Positions 40,483 to 54,642 are shown, counted from the first letter of the stretch. The stretch: DNA of 64,000 nt from Octopus vulgaris (GCA_951406725.2 OX597821.1:40796001-40860000); one strand, 5' to 3'. Made by a program: numbers and translations. Notes: generated by a model from the sequence alone, not told the origin.

Positions 40483-41412
40483 GTCTTCCTCAATCACTTG
40501 TTTGTGCTGTGGTTTGTCAATCCCATGTCTTATTTGTCCAAGCCATATTTTGGCACAATTTCTACTGTTAGATGTCTTTCGTGTGACTAATGATTTTACA
40601 GCATGAAATGGGAGGCACCTGGCTCCAGAGAAATTGTTAATTGCAACAAGAATTAATTAAATACTTCTACTTCTACTCTGGATCACTTTTATTTCTGTCC
40701 CCAAGAGTTTCCTTCTGTAAAGTGTCTTGCAGAGTCAGTCTCCTTCAAATGTTCATTTTTGGAGCCTGTTTTTTTCCAGGGTTTGAGGCTCTTTTTGTGA
40801 TAAACCCCTTGACAAGATGGGCTGAGCACATGTTATCATCTGAAGTAGAGAGGTTATCATCTCCCAAACTAGAGTACATGCTACTCAATGGTACTTTGTA
40901 CTTGGGGTTACTTTCCTCTATAGTTTCCTGAGAGCTCCTGTGCGATCTATAAACCTGCTAAAATAGTCAAATCCATTTCAAATCACACCCAATCGTCTTA
41001 AGAAAAGAAGGTCACAGTGGATAAGGTAACCCTAGGTACTCTGTTATAGGAAAAGAAAACCACATTCATGAACAAAAACAATTAGATAGACTGGCTGAAA
41101 CACCATTGATCATTGCTTTCCTGGTTCGGGGCTGACCTGGGACTGAACAACAACAACAACGATTTTTATTGAAATTTGGATGCATTGGTATATGTGCGTG
41201 TGTGTGTACGTATATGTGTCTGTATATATACATGCATACATCTTCACACACACACGGGTGTGTATGTGTGTGCATGTGTGTGTGTGCCTATATGTGTGTG
41301 TCTTCATGGGTGTGTGTGTGTGTGTGCCTGTGAAAAGATATCTTTAAAAATTGAGTAAAGAATAATTAATTTAGCTGTAAAGAAGGACAAGTCAGAAGTA
41401 GGAGAAATATCA

Positions 41413-41625
41413 GCTTCAAATTTTGACACAAGGCCAGGAATTATGGGGAAGGAAGTAAGTCGATTACCTCGACCCCAGGACACAACTGGTACTTATTTTA
41501 TTGACCCAGAAAGGATGAAATGCAAAGTCAACTTCAGTGGAATTTGAACTCAGAACTAGAAGACAGATGAAATACTGCTAAGCATTTTGCCTGGCATGTT
41601 AATGATTCTACCAGCTCACCATTTT
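41413..41625 (-). mobile_element. tRNA-derived SINE, family A, with 17-bp TSD
   Basis: AAGYAGGAGAAAYATCA occurs at 41396-41412 and 41626-41642. Confidence 0.92.
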
Positions 41626-43375
41626 AAGCAGGAGAAACATCAACAGTTCCAAGTAGGAAATGGTTATTTTAAGATTTAAATTCCTGTCAAAAAGTAACAA
41701 ATTGCTACAGCCATAGAAAGGGTCAACAAATGAATTAGTAGTTCGTGTTGTGCTAACCCTGCTTAAACTATGACTGTGACCAAGACATTTGACTCTGAAT
41801 ATTAGCTAACTCAGAGTATGAACTAATCAGTTTTGCAAGCAGCTGCAGCAACACTTTAAAATTGATGAGATTTCTTTGGTTTTTTTTTTTTTTGCATGTG
41901 TGTTTTTTTCTAAGTTTGGTATGTTAAGTTGAACTTTCTTTGTGAATGAATCGAGCTAGGTGATGGAGGTCATTCCTAAACTGACTTATAATCTTTAAGG
42001 TTACCTCTGTGCTGTGATATATCTTGGAATTCCCCATCACTAAAAGTAAAATTTGTGGTCTTAAAGACACATGGAAGATTAAGGAAAAAAAAATAAATAG
42101 TCACACTACAGACCACCCTCTACAGCTACACCATCCCCATCTTAAAGAAGTCTGCCAATGTTAAATTGAGAAAAACTGCTGAATTTATAAGGTAGTATTT
42201 GTACAGATTCCAAAGTTGTCAATATTGAAGTGGTTCCAGACACTATTGAGAGATGTCAATTCTCCTGATATAATTGTGACAGTGTTGAAGGATTCATTGC
42301 TATGGAAGAAATGATTGAAGAGTTTGTAACAAAGTATCTTAACCAAAGTTTAATACTTGAGAACGTTGACCAAGAAAGAATGGAAAGATTACATTTTATT
42401 TGTTTGTGTTTGTTTTCCATTGTTTGGTTGGTCGCATGTTTATGTGTGAACATGAGTATAAATAGCACAAACGTGCACGTTTGGTGCGGATGTGACTATG
42501 TGTGGAAAAAGGAATAAAAAAATATCAGAATTTTTTTCCTTTTTTTTTTATATCTTGACATAGTAGAAAACAATTGAACAGTGTCTGAATGAGATTTTGT
42601 CGATAATTTTTGTGAAAATATTTCGTAAATAATTTTTTCTGAAGAATTTCAGTTTTTATATGTCAGAAAACTCAAAAAAAGATGAATATAAATATGATTC
42701 CTAATAAATGATTTGCTGATTGTATTAAAAGTGTCTTGGATATATAACTTGTTGATGGGGAAAATACAATTTTCAGTAAGTACTTGAGTGATTATATCAA
42801 ATTGTCCAAGATATATAACTTGTCGTTTCTCTAAAAGCGTTTCAAAGCTTGAGACGCATGTTCATAGTTCTTGCATCTCAACATTTATTAAGACAGAGAC
42901 ATTTTTACTAACTGCAGCAGAGTTTTTATTTGGTCATGAGTTTTTCATTTGTGATAATTAATATTTTTTGTTCTTTTATTTCTTTTTCTTGTTTCAATCA
43001 TCAAATGGAAGAAGAGAAGTGTCAGGGGTCTTTATAACCAGGAAAAAGATTCAGATTTCAATGTACATTCCATAGTTGTAACTGTCTCCCTATTATTAAT
43101 AAACACACACACACACATATATATATATAGAGAGAGATATTGATATATATATGTATAAATTAGAAAAAAAACTTTTATCAATTCAACAATGAAAAAATTA
43201 AATTATACCATATAGAAAAAAATTACATATTATAGAAAAAATTAAATATAAGATAAAAATATATACCAATGATTAAGTAATATGCAAAATAATTATCATC
43301 ATCGTTATCATCATTATTATCATCATTTACATTATTTACATTTAACTGATATTTGTCCTCATATTGTTTGTTGTT

Positions 43376-43421
43376 AACACAATGCTTCAGCTGATATACC
43401 CTCCAGCCTTCATCAGGTGTC
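43376..43421 (-). ncRNA. degenerate minimal type I hammerhead motif in a Penelope-like fragment (43160-43540)
   Basis: Minus strand reads GACAC-CTGATGA-AGGCTG GAGGGTATAT CAGCT-GAAG-CA-TT-GTGTT. Surrounded by inverted (AATGTAAAT)n arms at 43324-43343 and 43479-43498. Confidence 0.62.
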
Positions 43422-43846
43422 TTGGGAAAATTTTGAACCTGCGTTCTCATTCCTTAGGTATATTTCCATGTTATCCATCAAATGTAAATAATGTAAATAA
43501 TGTACATAATTCCTCATCTCTTAAATATAGAACTGTATTATCATTGTCCTCGTCATCATCGCTGTGATTGTCGTCATCATCATCATCATCATCAGCATCA
43601 TTTTTTCCATGCTTGTATGAGTCTGATGCAATTTGTGGAAGCAAATTTTCTGCAGCTGGATACTCTTCCTATCACTTACTCTCACTTGTTTCCAAATAAA
43701 TTAATAACTTCTCATGACCAGACAAGTTTACATGGAAAATGGGAAATAAGGAACACAACTTGTATGATGGTGATGCACATTTATGATTTTACCCTATGAT
43801 GTGAAGACATGGCTACAGAAACACACACATACACACACACCCCCAC

Positions 43847-43917
<71 letters not shown>

Positions 43918-44395
43918 TGCATGCACACACACATTAAAGGCTTCTTTTCAGTTTCCATCAACTGAATCTACTCACAACACTGTGGTTAGCTTAGAGCTAT
44001 AAAAGAAGATACTTGCCCAAGGTGCCATGAAGAGGGACTGACACCGAAACCTTGTGGTTGTGAACCAAATTTCTTAATCAAGCAGCCTTGTCTATACCCA
44101 GAGATAGAAAGAGAGACAGACAGACAGAAAGGTTTATCAATTGCAATGTAATGAAGTAACATTTATAAAAGCTGCAAATCTAATCACACGGAATTGAATT
44201 GAAATATATTGTGAATTGGCACGGAACCTTAGTAGTTTCTGTCTACCTGTTTGATGGACAGGACCCACTTCAGTCTCAGTGCTAAAGAATTAGCATCTGG
44301 CAGGTATCTAAATGAAAAAGCAACTGTTGTTCTAACAATATGTTATACACACTTTACAAAAATCACATGGAATGGTGTCAAGAAGTGCTAACAGT

Positions 44396-44427
<32 letters not shown>

Positions 44428-44567
44428 GTTAATGTCTGTTTTCTATGCTGGTATGGGTTGGACAGCTTGACAGGAGCTGGCAAAGCCAAGGGGCATAGTC
44501 TACTTTGGCTTCATTTTTACAACTGCATGTCCTTCCTAAAGCCAACCACTTTATTGGGTGCTTTTTA

Positions 44568-45788
44568 TTAGGTTGACAAGAAAGTTCTTGCGGAATGTTT
44601 AATTTTGGTTTTAAATGATGTATTTTCAAATTAATTTTCATTAAATTACTTTGACTTTAAATAACATTTTAAAGCCTGTTTTTTGCTCTATTTAATCGTG
44701 CTACTCTTTTTCTTTTTGAATAATTAGACCATTTTCTTTTTCTGGAACATTGAATACAACATGGACAAAAAGCAAATTTGCACAATTTTCTTATTCCAGT
44801 TCAAGCTAGGCTGGAAAGCTATTGAAACAGCTCACGATATCAATGATGCATTTGTTCCAGGAACCACTAGTGAATGTATAGCGGTGACGAGAGTCTTGAA
44901 GATGATAAGCGTAGTGGTCGGCCATCGGATGTTGACAACCATCAACTAAGAGCCTTTGTCAAAGCCAATCCATGCACAACTGTTCGAGAGCTTGCTTCTG
45001 AATTAGACATAACATATATGACAATTTCCAACCACTTGAATGAGATTGGAAAAACAAAAATTCTTGAGAAATGAGTGCTGCATGAACTGAGTGACAACCA
45101 CGCTGTTTTGAAATGTCGTCTTCCCTTCTATTACACAACAAGAATGAGCTGTTTCTCGACCGAATTGTGACTTGTAATGAAAAATGGATTCTTAACGACA
45201 ACCAGCAATGTTCAGCTTAGTGGTTGGATGCTGAAGAAGCTCCACAGTACTTTGTGAAGTTTGGTGGTCTGTGACTGGTCTCATCCATCACAGCTTTTTG
45301 GATCCAGGAGAAACCATTACGGCGGAGAAGTACTGTCAGCAAATGGATGAAATGCATAAGAAACTCCGACAACAATAGCCAGCATTGGTCAATAGAAAAT
45401 GGCCATTTCTTCTTCATGACAATGCTCAGGGACAGATTGCACAACTGACCCTGCAGAAGTTGAACGAATTGGGCTACGAAACTCTGTCTCATCCGCCATA
45501 CTCACCAGACCTCTCGCCTACCGACTAACACTTTTTCAAGCATCTCGATAACTTCCTGCGTGAGAAATGCTTCAAAAACCAAGACGGTGCCAAACACACT
45601 TTCAACGACTTTGTCACCACAAGAACGCAGGATTTTTACGTTACTGGTATAAATAAACTTGTTTCACATTGGCAAAGGTGTGTTGATTCTGATGGTGTTT
45701 ATTTCAATTAATAAAATTTTGTTTGAGCCGAGATATGTGCATCTGAATTTGAAGGTTAAAAACCACAAGAACTTTCTTGACAACCTAA
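44568..45788 (+). mobile_element. mariner transposon, cecropia (Hsmar1-like) lineage, DD34D, decayed
   Basis: TIRs TTAGGTTGACAAGAAAGTTCTTG / CAAGAACTTTCTTGACAACCTAA with TA on both sides. Remnants MDKKQICTIFLFQFKLG, GDESLEDDKRSGRPSDVDN, FLDRIVTCNEKW and LHDNA..YSPDLSPTD (34-residue spacing). Confidence 0.97.
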
Positions 45789-45834
45789 TACATGGCACCA
45801 GCACCAGTGCTTTTTGTATGGTACCTTGGTTTTT

Positions 45835-46560
45835 AGATGTTAATTCTGTTGTGGTGGGCAGATCTTCTCAAGTACAGCAATGCTCCACAATCCTCAGTTT
45901 TTGGATGTCAATTCTCTTATAGTGAGCATCCAGTAGAGCATGCTATCTTCGTTCCTCTAGTCTTCACATATCCTCTGCATCCACGGCCTATTTCTCATTA
46001 TCATGTAGCTCTGCAGTTCATACACATACACCATACAATCTTCCTTTCACTCAAAGAAGGAGGCCTTTGGTTGCCAACAGAGGTAAAAACTCTCTCAACT
46101 TTCTCCAAACTCTATAATTATACTTTTGGTACATCTTCCTCCACTGCCAATTAGGTAATCTAAATAGCAGAAATTATCTACCACTTTCAGAGACTCTCCA
46201 GGACATTTGATGAAACCAGTTTCCCATGTATCTGTAGTGTTTATGGCTCCTGTACATCTTCCACATATGAACATTACTTTCTCTGTTCACCTTCCTACTA
46301 TTCCACTACACCTATTGTGTGTCCATAGTTTGAACTGAATCGATTTCTACCTGCACCCTTCCTACATAACAAGCAGGGTCATTTATCTGAAGCAGGTGTG
46401 GTCCTCTCCAATTTCTTTCTTACTAAAACCTTGATGGGGAACAATTTCCAGAAAGTCATTTGTACAGTAAGTTGTTAGAAATGGATATGTTTGGTGAGAA
46501 GATTATGTTTTAAAGATCTCTTAAGAAGACATCAGCATCAATTGAGAATCATAGTTGAAT
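45835..46560 (-). mobile_element. RTE-clade LINE reverse transcriptase remnant with Cys/His finger insert
   Basis: Minus strand encodes KLWTHNRCSGIVGR*TEKVMFICGRC, GESLKVVDNFCYL and WRKLREFLPLLATKG..VKGRLY. Confidence 0.8.
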
Positions 46561-47324
46561 CTCTCTTGTTTAAATAACTACTTTGTACAGTCTCATAAGA
46601 AAACGTGTTCTGGTGTATAAGTGAGACAAAAGAAAGGTGGTGAACAAAAGACAAACCTGAGAAAGTCCAGAATTGCCAGTGCTTCACATTGAACAAAAAC
46701 GTTGGTCACCCATGAACACATCCTTAAACAATGTCATAATCATCACTGATATGCATGATTTAACAAGGGCACTCTATCATCTGGGATGCCTATTTACTTA
46801 CAGTCACTCACAACCCTAATCACATCTACTACTGCACACAGAACTTGGGTTCATTCTCCACAAGTTATTGTCAAAAGTATAAGACTCTTCTACATACATT
46901 GTTCTCAACAGAGCAGACCATTCTACTCCTGCTGCTAAATGGTGGACAGACAGTTCATCACCTTCCAGTTAGTTTTCACAAGAAAGCATTATATAAGCAA
47001 AAATCATTACAAAAGGCATGTTTACAGACATACAGGTATTTAAAGACCTCTTTACACTCACCTGCATAGAAACACATCCACATTATGCAAAATTACTTGC
47101 ATCAGTGTTATAGAGTGCATATTCTGAGTGTGCTAGGGAAGCACTACACACCCACTGACAATGGTAAATTCATCGAAGAATATGAAGTTTACTCAAGAAT
47201 ATTATTAAGGACCATAATTGGTAAGTAGATTCCTTTTGTCCATCTTCCCCTCAGCACTGAAATATGGTGGCAGTTGTTTTGATATATCACAGCAAACTCT
47301 ACAGTGAAATCCCCATCAGAATTG

Positions 47325-47450
47325 TCAAGACTAACATTGCATTTGTTGATTTTACTAGGTCTTTTCAGTCAGCCCCCACCTCCACCCTCACAAAGCTGAA
47401 GGTCTACAGAGCCATTGTTCTGCCACCTTTCCTGTGATGCCAGTGAAGTG
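47325..47450 (+). mobile_element. small RTE RT fragments
   Basis: IAFVDFT and LTKLKVYRAIVLP motifs. Confidence 0.65.
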
Positions 47451-48121
47451 TTTGTATATGATTACAGCTGCCACAACAAGCATTGGAAAATGGCAAGATA
47501 TCAGGAGGATGACAAAACTAAAAACTAGAAATTAGCAACATCACACCAACATCATCTTGTGTCCATTTTTGTAGTGAGAAGTTTTATGTCTAAACTTAAC
47601 AGAAAATTCATTAACTGAATTGGATTTAAAACTCACAGGAGAAAAGTGTAAATTTTGGTCTTCATCCTTAAAATTTGTCAAGCAAAATGATTTTCTAAAA
47701 ATGTCAAATGGATTTCAGAATGATATTTTATTTAATATGCTTTTGCATAAACTAACAATGAAAAGACAGAATATTTCTTTCATATGCAAACTTAAGAGTG
47801 CACATTGTATCTGGATAGTTTTATCTTGAACATCCAGTTTTCTTTACAAAATAAACTATAGAAAGCAACATTATGAAGGTTTATTAAAGATAAAATCAAA
47901 AATCTCAACAACATTTAAATTTGTCATTGGAAAACTTCTTGCTGTTGCTTTAAATACAGTTTTTATGCTTTGCAGATTATTCTTGCTCCAAATTCCTATT
48001 ATTTCAAACGCTTCTTGTATGACAATGCCTCTGTAGGGAATTTCAAATTTTGCAAATTTTATAGAAATATTTACAATAGAAAACTTTTAAAATATTAATT
48101 CAATTAAACTTTATTTTTTTT

Positions 48122-48369
48122 TTAACTCTTTCAATACCAATCTGCCTGATCTACCTTCAGCTAAACTGCTGTTTGAAAGTGTTTTATTGAAATTAAAACC
48201 GTCCATCATAATATCATGGAAGAATCTTTTTTGCCAAGTTCTGCTTCAAACACCATCTGATTAATAACAAACTTATTTTACTGAATCCTTCCAAATTCTT
48301 GATTATTTTCAAAATTAATTGAAATATATATTCAGTGTATTTCATTAAAATATGTTCACAAAAGGTTCA
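48122..48369. mobile_element. decayed piggyBac-type MITE
   Basis: TTAACTCTTT...AAAGGTTCA ends; body similar to 38325-38470. Confidence 0.5.
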
Positions 48370-50236
48370 GATTTTTATCAATTATACATTATTTGTCCTT
48401 AATTTATCCTTATTTATCATACTAGTTAAGAATATTTTATAATTATTAGGATAAAGGAAGCTAAAATAACAATATTATCGTATTTCTTTTCATTCTTGAA
48501 AATGATTAATAATTTTAATTATGAGAAACTCTCAGCTGAATAGTTTAAATATCATCTTAACAGTATATCTTCAAGATTCATAATATATTCATACTTAGAT
48601 TTATGTATCTAAAACACATTTTATAAAATTTCTTCCTGAAAATAAATGATGTATGCTTTTGACATATGCAAAATAAACAAAACAGAAAATGGAAATCAGA
48701 AAAATAGTTTGAACTGCAGTCAGCTGAAATTAAAAGATCTCAAAATGTTGTTCGAAGAAAGGACTTGGCTGATGTGACTATGTAATATAAATTAATGAAG
48801 AGAACTAAAAATCTTCTCAGGTTGGTATTGAGTGGCATATGGTATGGCAAAGAAAATATATTATAATCAGAACTGACAGAGTTTAAACTAAAAAAAAGAA
48901 ATAAGGAAAACACAGTGATTTTTGTAGACGCAATTCAGTATGGAAAAGTAGATATTCAATGTTAAATTCAGCTTTGAATTTTTTCATATAAATAATTTAA
49001 ACATTCATTCAAATTATGCATGTAAATGTCAAAAGAAATTACTCTTTGTTTTCCAGAAAAAATGATAAAATTCCTGTAGTACTGTGGTTTAATTTCTGGA
49101 TCTTGTACAGCAAATGTAAAAGTGTTGTAAGGAAGCAATACTCGCTGCAAGTCACTCATGTTTCCTCCTCATGTAGCCTGCAGAAGTTGATTTTAACGTC
49201 TTTTTATTGAATGCCTGAAGGTTTTAGTTTAAGTAAAAAGCATAGATATATTCATATATATATTTGATATATATATATGTATAGGTCAGTGCTAAGTAGT
49301 AGAAGAATATATATATGTGAAGATGTATACACATGCATATATTAAACATGTATATAGATATTTATACACATCAACACCTACACATACAACATGCATATCT
49401 CATGTCTATTTACAACATGCACTCATATGTACATGTACATATGCACACATGTACATATGTGTATCTGTATGTACTATCACCCCTACACACACAGGTATGT
49501 ATAGCTTGCATGCATACGTACATACATCCCCCCACACACACACACATACACACACATACACATACATACGTACGCACGCATATACATACAAATACAATTA
49601 AATGATTGTGATATTCAAGTATGAAAGAAGAATTAGAAAGGGATTAGGAGTTAAAATGTAGATTTATAAGGTTATTGGGATTACCTAAGAGGTATTGTGG
49701 AAATATACTGTATGGTCATTTAGGCATTTGAATTTGTGGTAGAATTTGAATGTGTGAAAAATCAGTGGTTGCATGTGCTTAGGGCCTCATTATGTTTATT
49801 TAGCAGTGTTGGATAGTTGTGCTTTAATATGTGAAGCGCCTCCTTCAGTCAAAGCTTGCAGGTTGAGCATTCTCCTTGGTAGGGAAGCCCTGAATCCAGA
49901 ATGGACCATGATAAAGTATAGAGTTTATTTGTATTTTTGAGATGATGTATGTGGTTGGCAAGTGTTAGAGAGTTACTGTGTTTATCATATATGCATATGT
50001 ATATATATGTTTGAATGTATATACAAATGAGAGTGGACAAACGAAAGTAAAAGGCACTCAGCCCATTTAGTAAGAGTGACATATATTATTATTTAAAACA
50101 GTTTTGATTCAGGTTCCTGTGCCTTAAAATTTTGCAGGCTTCTGAGAGAAACCCTGCTCATTGAAGATGCTGTTACTGGATTTGGTTATACGAGCCTGAA
50201 TGAGCCAGCTATAAATAAATACAGCTATAAACATTT

Positions 50237-50481
50237 AATTTTTACATGTTTCACCATTGCAGCGATTTGAAACACAGCAATGGATGTTCCTAGTGCATTT
50301 GGATGCCAAACCAATATGGATCACCAAGGAAGTCCTTTATTACATTTTGTTATTCGGTGTCTGTAACAGAATGTAACAGAGTGTTCCTATGATGAGCCAT
50401 TGCAGTTAGGCATCCTAATGCATTTGGAACATCCAGTGCTGAGTTCCATATAACTGTAATGGTGAGACATATGTAAGAATT
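50237..50481. mobile_element. imperfect palindrome of about 245 bp (foldback MITE-like)
   Basis: The left half is roughly 75-80% identical to the reverse complement of the right half, centred near 50358. Confidence 0.8.
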
Positions 50482-50979
50482 AATAATTCATACTTGTTAA
50501 ATTATGAGTTAATTTAACGAGTATTAATTAATACACAAATGTGCATGCACACACAAACCCACACACATGAGTATATGCCTGAATATGTATATAACTTTGG
50601 TTGGATTCATCATCAAAATATTATCTCACCTGTTTACAATTGTTGAAAATTTTACCTGATAATGAATTGTATGTTAAGATGTTCTCTTCAAGTACATCAG
50701 TAACATTATACCAAAACTGCTGTCATAAGTTTGTGATCTTCTTTTTAAATACAATGCACATTCAGCCACCATCTCTCAGTTGTGTCTACAGTTTAAATTG
50801 GATTTGGTACTTACATATATACAGTATCCTATAGTAACTCACTATATTATCAAACCTAGCCATTACTGGCATACTACCAGTTGATGTGCCAAGATTCTAA
50901 CAAATCCTACAACTAATCAATATATATATATATATATAGGCACATATATATATATATATATACACATATATATATACAC

Positions 50980-51043
<64 letters not shown>

Positions 51044-52315
51044 ATATATATGTGATATATATCTATATATATACATACACATACATATATGTAAAGAAGC
51101 ATACATACATGTATGTATATATAAATTCATATATATATACATTTATCTATATATATTCGTATATTTTTATATTTATTTCTGCTAGATATTAATAAATATA
51201 TTCTTATATGTGTATATATATTTTCATATTTATATATATATATGTATATGTGTATATACATATATATATATATACACACATTATATGTATGTATGCGTAT
51301 GTGTGTGTATTTGTATGAGTGTGCATTTGTGTTTGTGTTAGTGTGAGTGTGTACAAGACTGAGTGAGTGTATGTATGTATGTGCATGTGGAACAAAATGA
51401 AAGTGAAACGTGTACATAACCGCACACATATGAACATACATACACACACTCATACTTACAAATATGTATACCTACATATGTACATTTGGATGTGTGTATA
51501 TGTATATTTGTGTTTGTGTGCGTGTGTGTGTGTGTGTGTGTATTTATGTGTATGCGATATACGTCATACTTCTGAAGAAAGAAGGAATTATTGTTAAGTT
51601 TTAAGTTTTAACCTACAAAAATCTGAAAAAGAATATCCTATCTTGCGAGAAATCAAACGTGAAAAGGAAAGAAACGCAACAATAATGACAACAACAACAA
51701 CAACAACATCAACCACAACAACAACAACAACAACAACCGATATTCACTGTTTCCTGTCAATTTCTTCAGAGACCCAATTTCATATGCCAATCTTTTCACC
51801 AAAACTAAAATCTACAGAGTAAATACAAGGAATAAATCTATTAAGACCATTCTCTGTCAATGAATATTTTTATTTGCAGACATTTCTATATACATATATT
51901 TATCAAATAGCCTCGCCATAAATAATTTGGGTTGTTTGTGTTAAAATTGGAAACATATCTGAAGAATGCTTTGTTTTCTTATAGTTACAATATTTTTATC
52001 ATATTTCTTTCTTTTTTTTTTTTTTTGTCTTTAAAAAAATGGGTTTTTTTTCTTTATCAAGGTTTTAAGGCATCTTAAAGTGATAAGATTCTGAGATTCT
52101 GGAAATATATTCATTGGTTTTGAAATATACGGCTTTTGTTATTGTTTTATATTCATATTTATATATCCGTGTGTGTGTGTGTACTTTTATAAAACTTATG
52201 CTCAGGTGTATGAATGTATGTGTAAATACTTGTGTGTGTGTGTGTATGTGTGCATGTGTGTGTATTTAAGTATGTATACACACACACATGCATATATATA
52301 TATATATATACTATA

Positions 52316-52375
<60 letters not shown>

Positions 52376-52478
52376 TAGATATATATATATATAGATATAT
52401 ATATGCATATGCATGTATATAAATGTAGATATTTGTATATAAATATAAATATATACATAGATATAGGCATAAAAATAC

Positions 52479-52513
<35 letters not shown>

Positions 52514-52653
52514 CATCAACATAAATATATATTTATACACAGACAGACACACACACATATATCTACACATATATTTATATATATGCATAAACATAAATAT
52601 GCATACATATATAAATACAAATATATATATATATATACATACACAAATACACG

Positions 52654-52741
<88 letters not shown>

Positions 52742-53182
52742 GACCTATAAATATATATCTAAAACTAGGAACTATTACAGCGAAGACATCATTGAAAATT
52801 GCTTCATTTTTCTCAATGTTTACTTGTTTTCGTCTTAAAGAAAAATTTTGTATCTATTTACATATATTCAGATTATTTGTGTGTGTATATGTGCATGTGA
52901 GTGTGTGTGCATGAGTGTGTTTGTGTGTTAGTGACTTAGCGTTCTAAAATGCATATTGCAAATGTTTAGGTCATTTAGCAGAGGGAATTCAAGGAACTTT
53001 GGTTTTCTTCACTCTGGGTATTATGATTGTAGCGAGTGTGTATACCTGAGACACGATCCTGAGTTCCTTGTTGATGATAAGGAATCTCTGTTATTTTTTA
53101 TTGCAGCCCTTCTACAGAACAAACCTACTCACTTCCACTTCCAGCACCCTTACCATCTCGCTAGAACTACCTTTTTTTGTAC

Positions 53183-53621
53183 TGCCCCTCATAGTAGAGG
53201 CCCTAAAATTTTGTACCTGACAGAAAGTCCTTAGTTAGGGTTGGGGTTGCTTGGTTGTGGCTGTCTGAGGCTGAAAGAAAGAGAATAGATGGGTCTGTTC
53301 AATGAAGAATGAGTGATGAAGAATGAGTGATGAAGGGTGAGTGATGAAGAATGAGTGATAAAGAATGAGGTATGATCCGTCCCAGCAACTTTATTGCTAC
53401 AGCACTAACCCAGTAAGTATTAGTCTTATGACATCTTTCTTTGGTCTTTTTTCTTGTTTCAGTCATTAGGCTGCAGCCATGTTGGGGCAATGCCTTGAAG
53501 AATTTCTAGTCAAATGAGTCAACCCAAGTAGTGCTAAGTTAGAGGAACATAAACAAACTAACACTGGAACTTAGGTCTTTCTGTCAGGTACAAAATTTTA
53601 GGGCTGCAACTATGAGGGACA
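53183..53621. repeat. 54-bp inverted repeats enclosing a 14-bp minisatellite and a SINE B fragment
   Basis: 53183-53236 vs 53568-53621 (core GCCCTAAAATTTTGTACCTGACAGAAAG); (GAATGAGTGATGAA)n at 53300-53370. Confidence 0.85.
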
Positions 53622-53880
53622 CCTGTGTATGTCCCCTATTGGTATAGTTGGAGACAAACACAGATGTCACATAGTGGGGCCAAACCTGGAACCATGTTGT
53701 TGGAAGAAAACTTCTTACCACACAGCCATGCCAGCACCAGTAGAAATCTACCATTTTCAGTTTGCATATATATATATATATTATCAATAATAATAAAGGG
53801 TAAAATTAATTAATTAACTAGTAATTAATAATTCCAAGTAGAATTCAGCATGAAAAAGGACCATTTCTCGGTAAACTTAA

Positions 53881-54018
53881 ACAATATTTTATAATTACGA
53901 GTATAATTATAATTAGGGTTCAGCAGTTCTTTGGCTGCTATTTCTAAACTTCAGTATGTGGTAAAGCAAATCTTTGCTGAACCCTAATTATAATTATACT
54001 CGTAATTATAAAATATTG

Positions 54019-54019
<1 letters not shown>
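53881..54019. repeat. perfect 45-bp inverted repeat, 49-nt spacer
   Basis: 53881-53925 is the exact reverse complement of 53975-54019. Confidence 0.95.
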
Positions 54020-54065
<46 letters not shown>

Positions 54066-54642
54066 TTGTATATATATAAGGTTTGAACTTGCATTGTAGT
54101 AATATCTATGGAAGACCAGTGGGATAATTATTTATATGAACTTAGAGACGGATCGCAATTTAGCATACAATTTAGTTACTGCAGTCCACTATTAATACCG
54201 ATACAATGTACATTGGTTTAAATGTCTCTTGTTGTAGTTTTAGTAAGGTTAGTGTTTAATCTTGTCTATATATTGATTGACTGAAATAATATGGTTATTA
54301 AGCTTTATGTTTATATTACACTATGGAAGACAGTAGGGATTTTAATTTTTATATGACTTAATAGAGTTGTCACTGTTTAGTTACGTATTTAGGAGTGGTT
54401 ATAATTTACTTATGGAATTTATTTACCTATACAGTTGTACATTGGGTAAATGTGCTTGAAAGTTGTGGTTTCTTTGGTATGTTTGTTCCCAAGCAACACT
54501 TATTTTAGTATTGTTGGCACCGTCAGATTGAATGGTACTGCCTAGGTGTCGAAACCATAATGATATCTATAGGGCAGCTGATGATGGAGGTATGTTGGAT
54601 TGTTGGCATGTCTGTAGAATAGTATTATAACACATCTTTTTG

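Noticed and set aside
40195-40606. Poly-His/Asp/Ser-Pro proteins
   Set aside because: A pure (CAT/CAC)n tract that is open in many frames, with no flanking coding signal.
44761-45711. SETMAR-like host gene
   Set aside because: Only the transposase part is present, with TIRs, a TA duplication, stops and frameshifts; there is no SET domain.
48968-49159. Minus-strand ORF MSDLQRVLLPYNTF...
   Set aside because: The composition is plausible, but it is short, has weak splice support, shows no recognised homology and conflicts with a plus-strand exon candidate.
54545-54600. Type II hammerhead (GAAAC...CTGATGA)
   Set aside because: Stems I and II cannot be paired convincingly.
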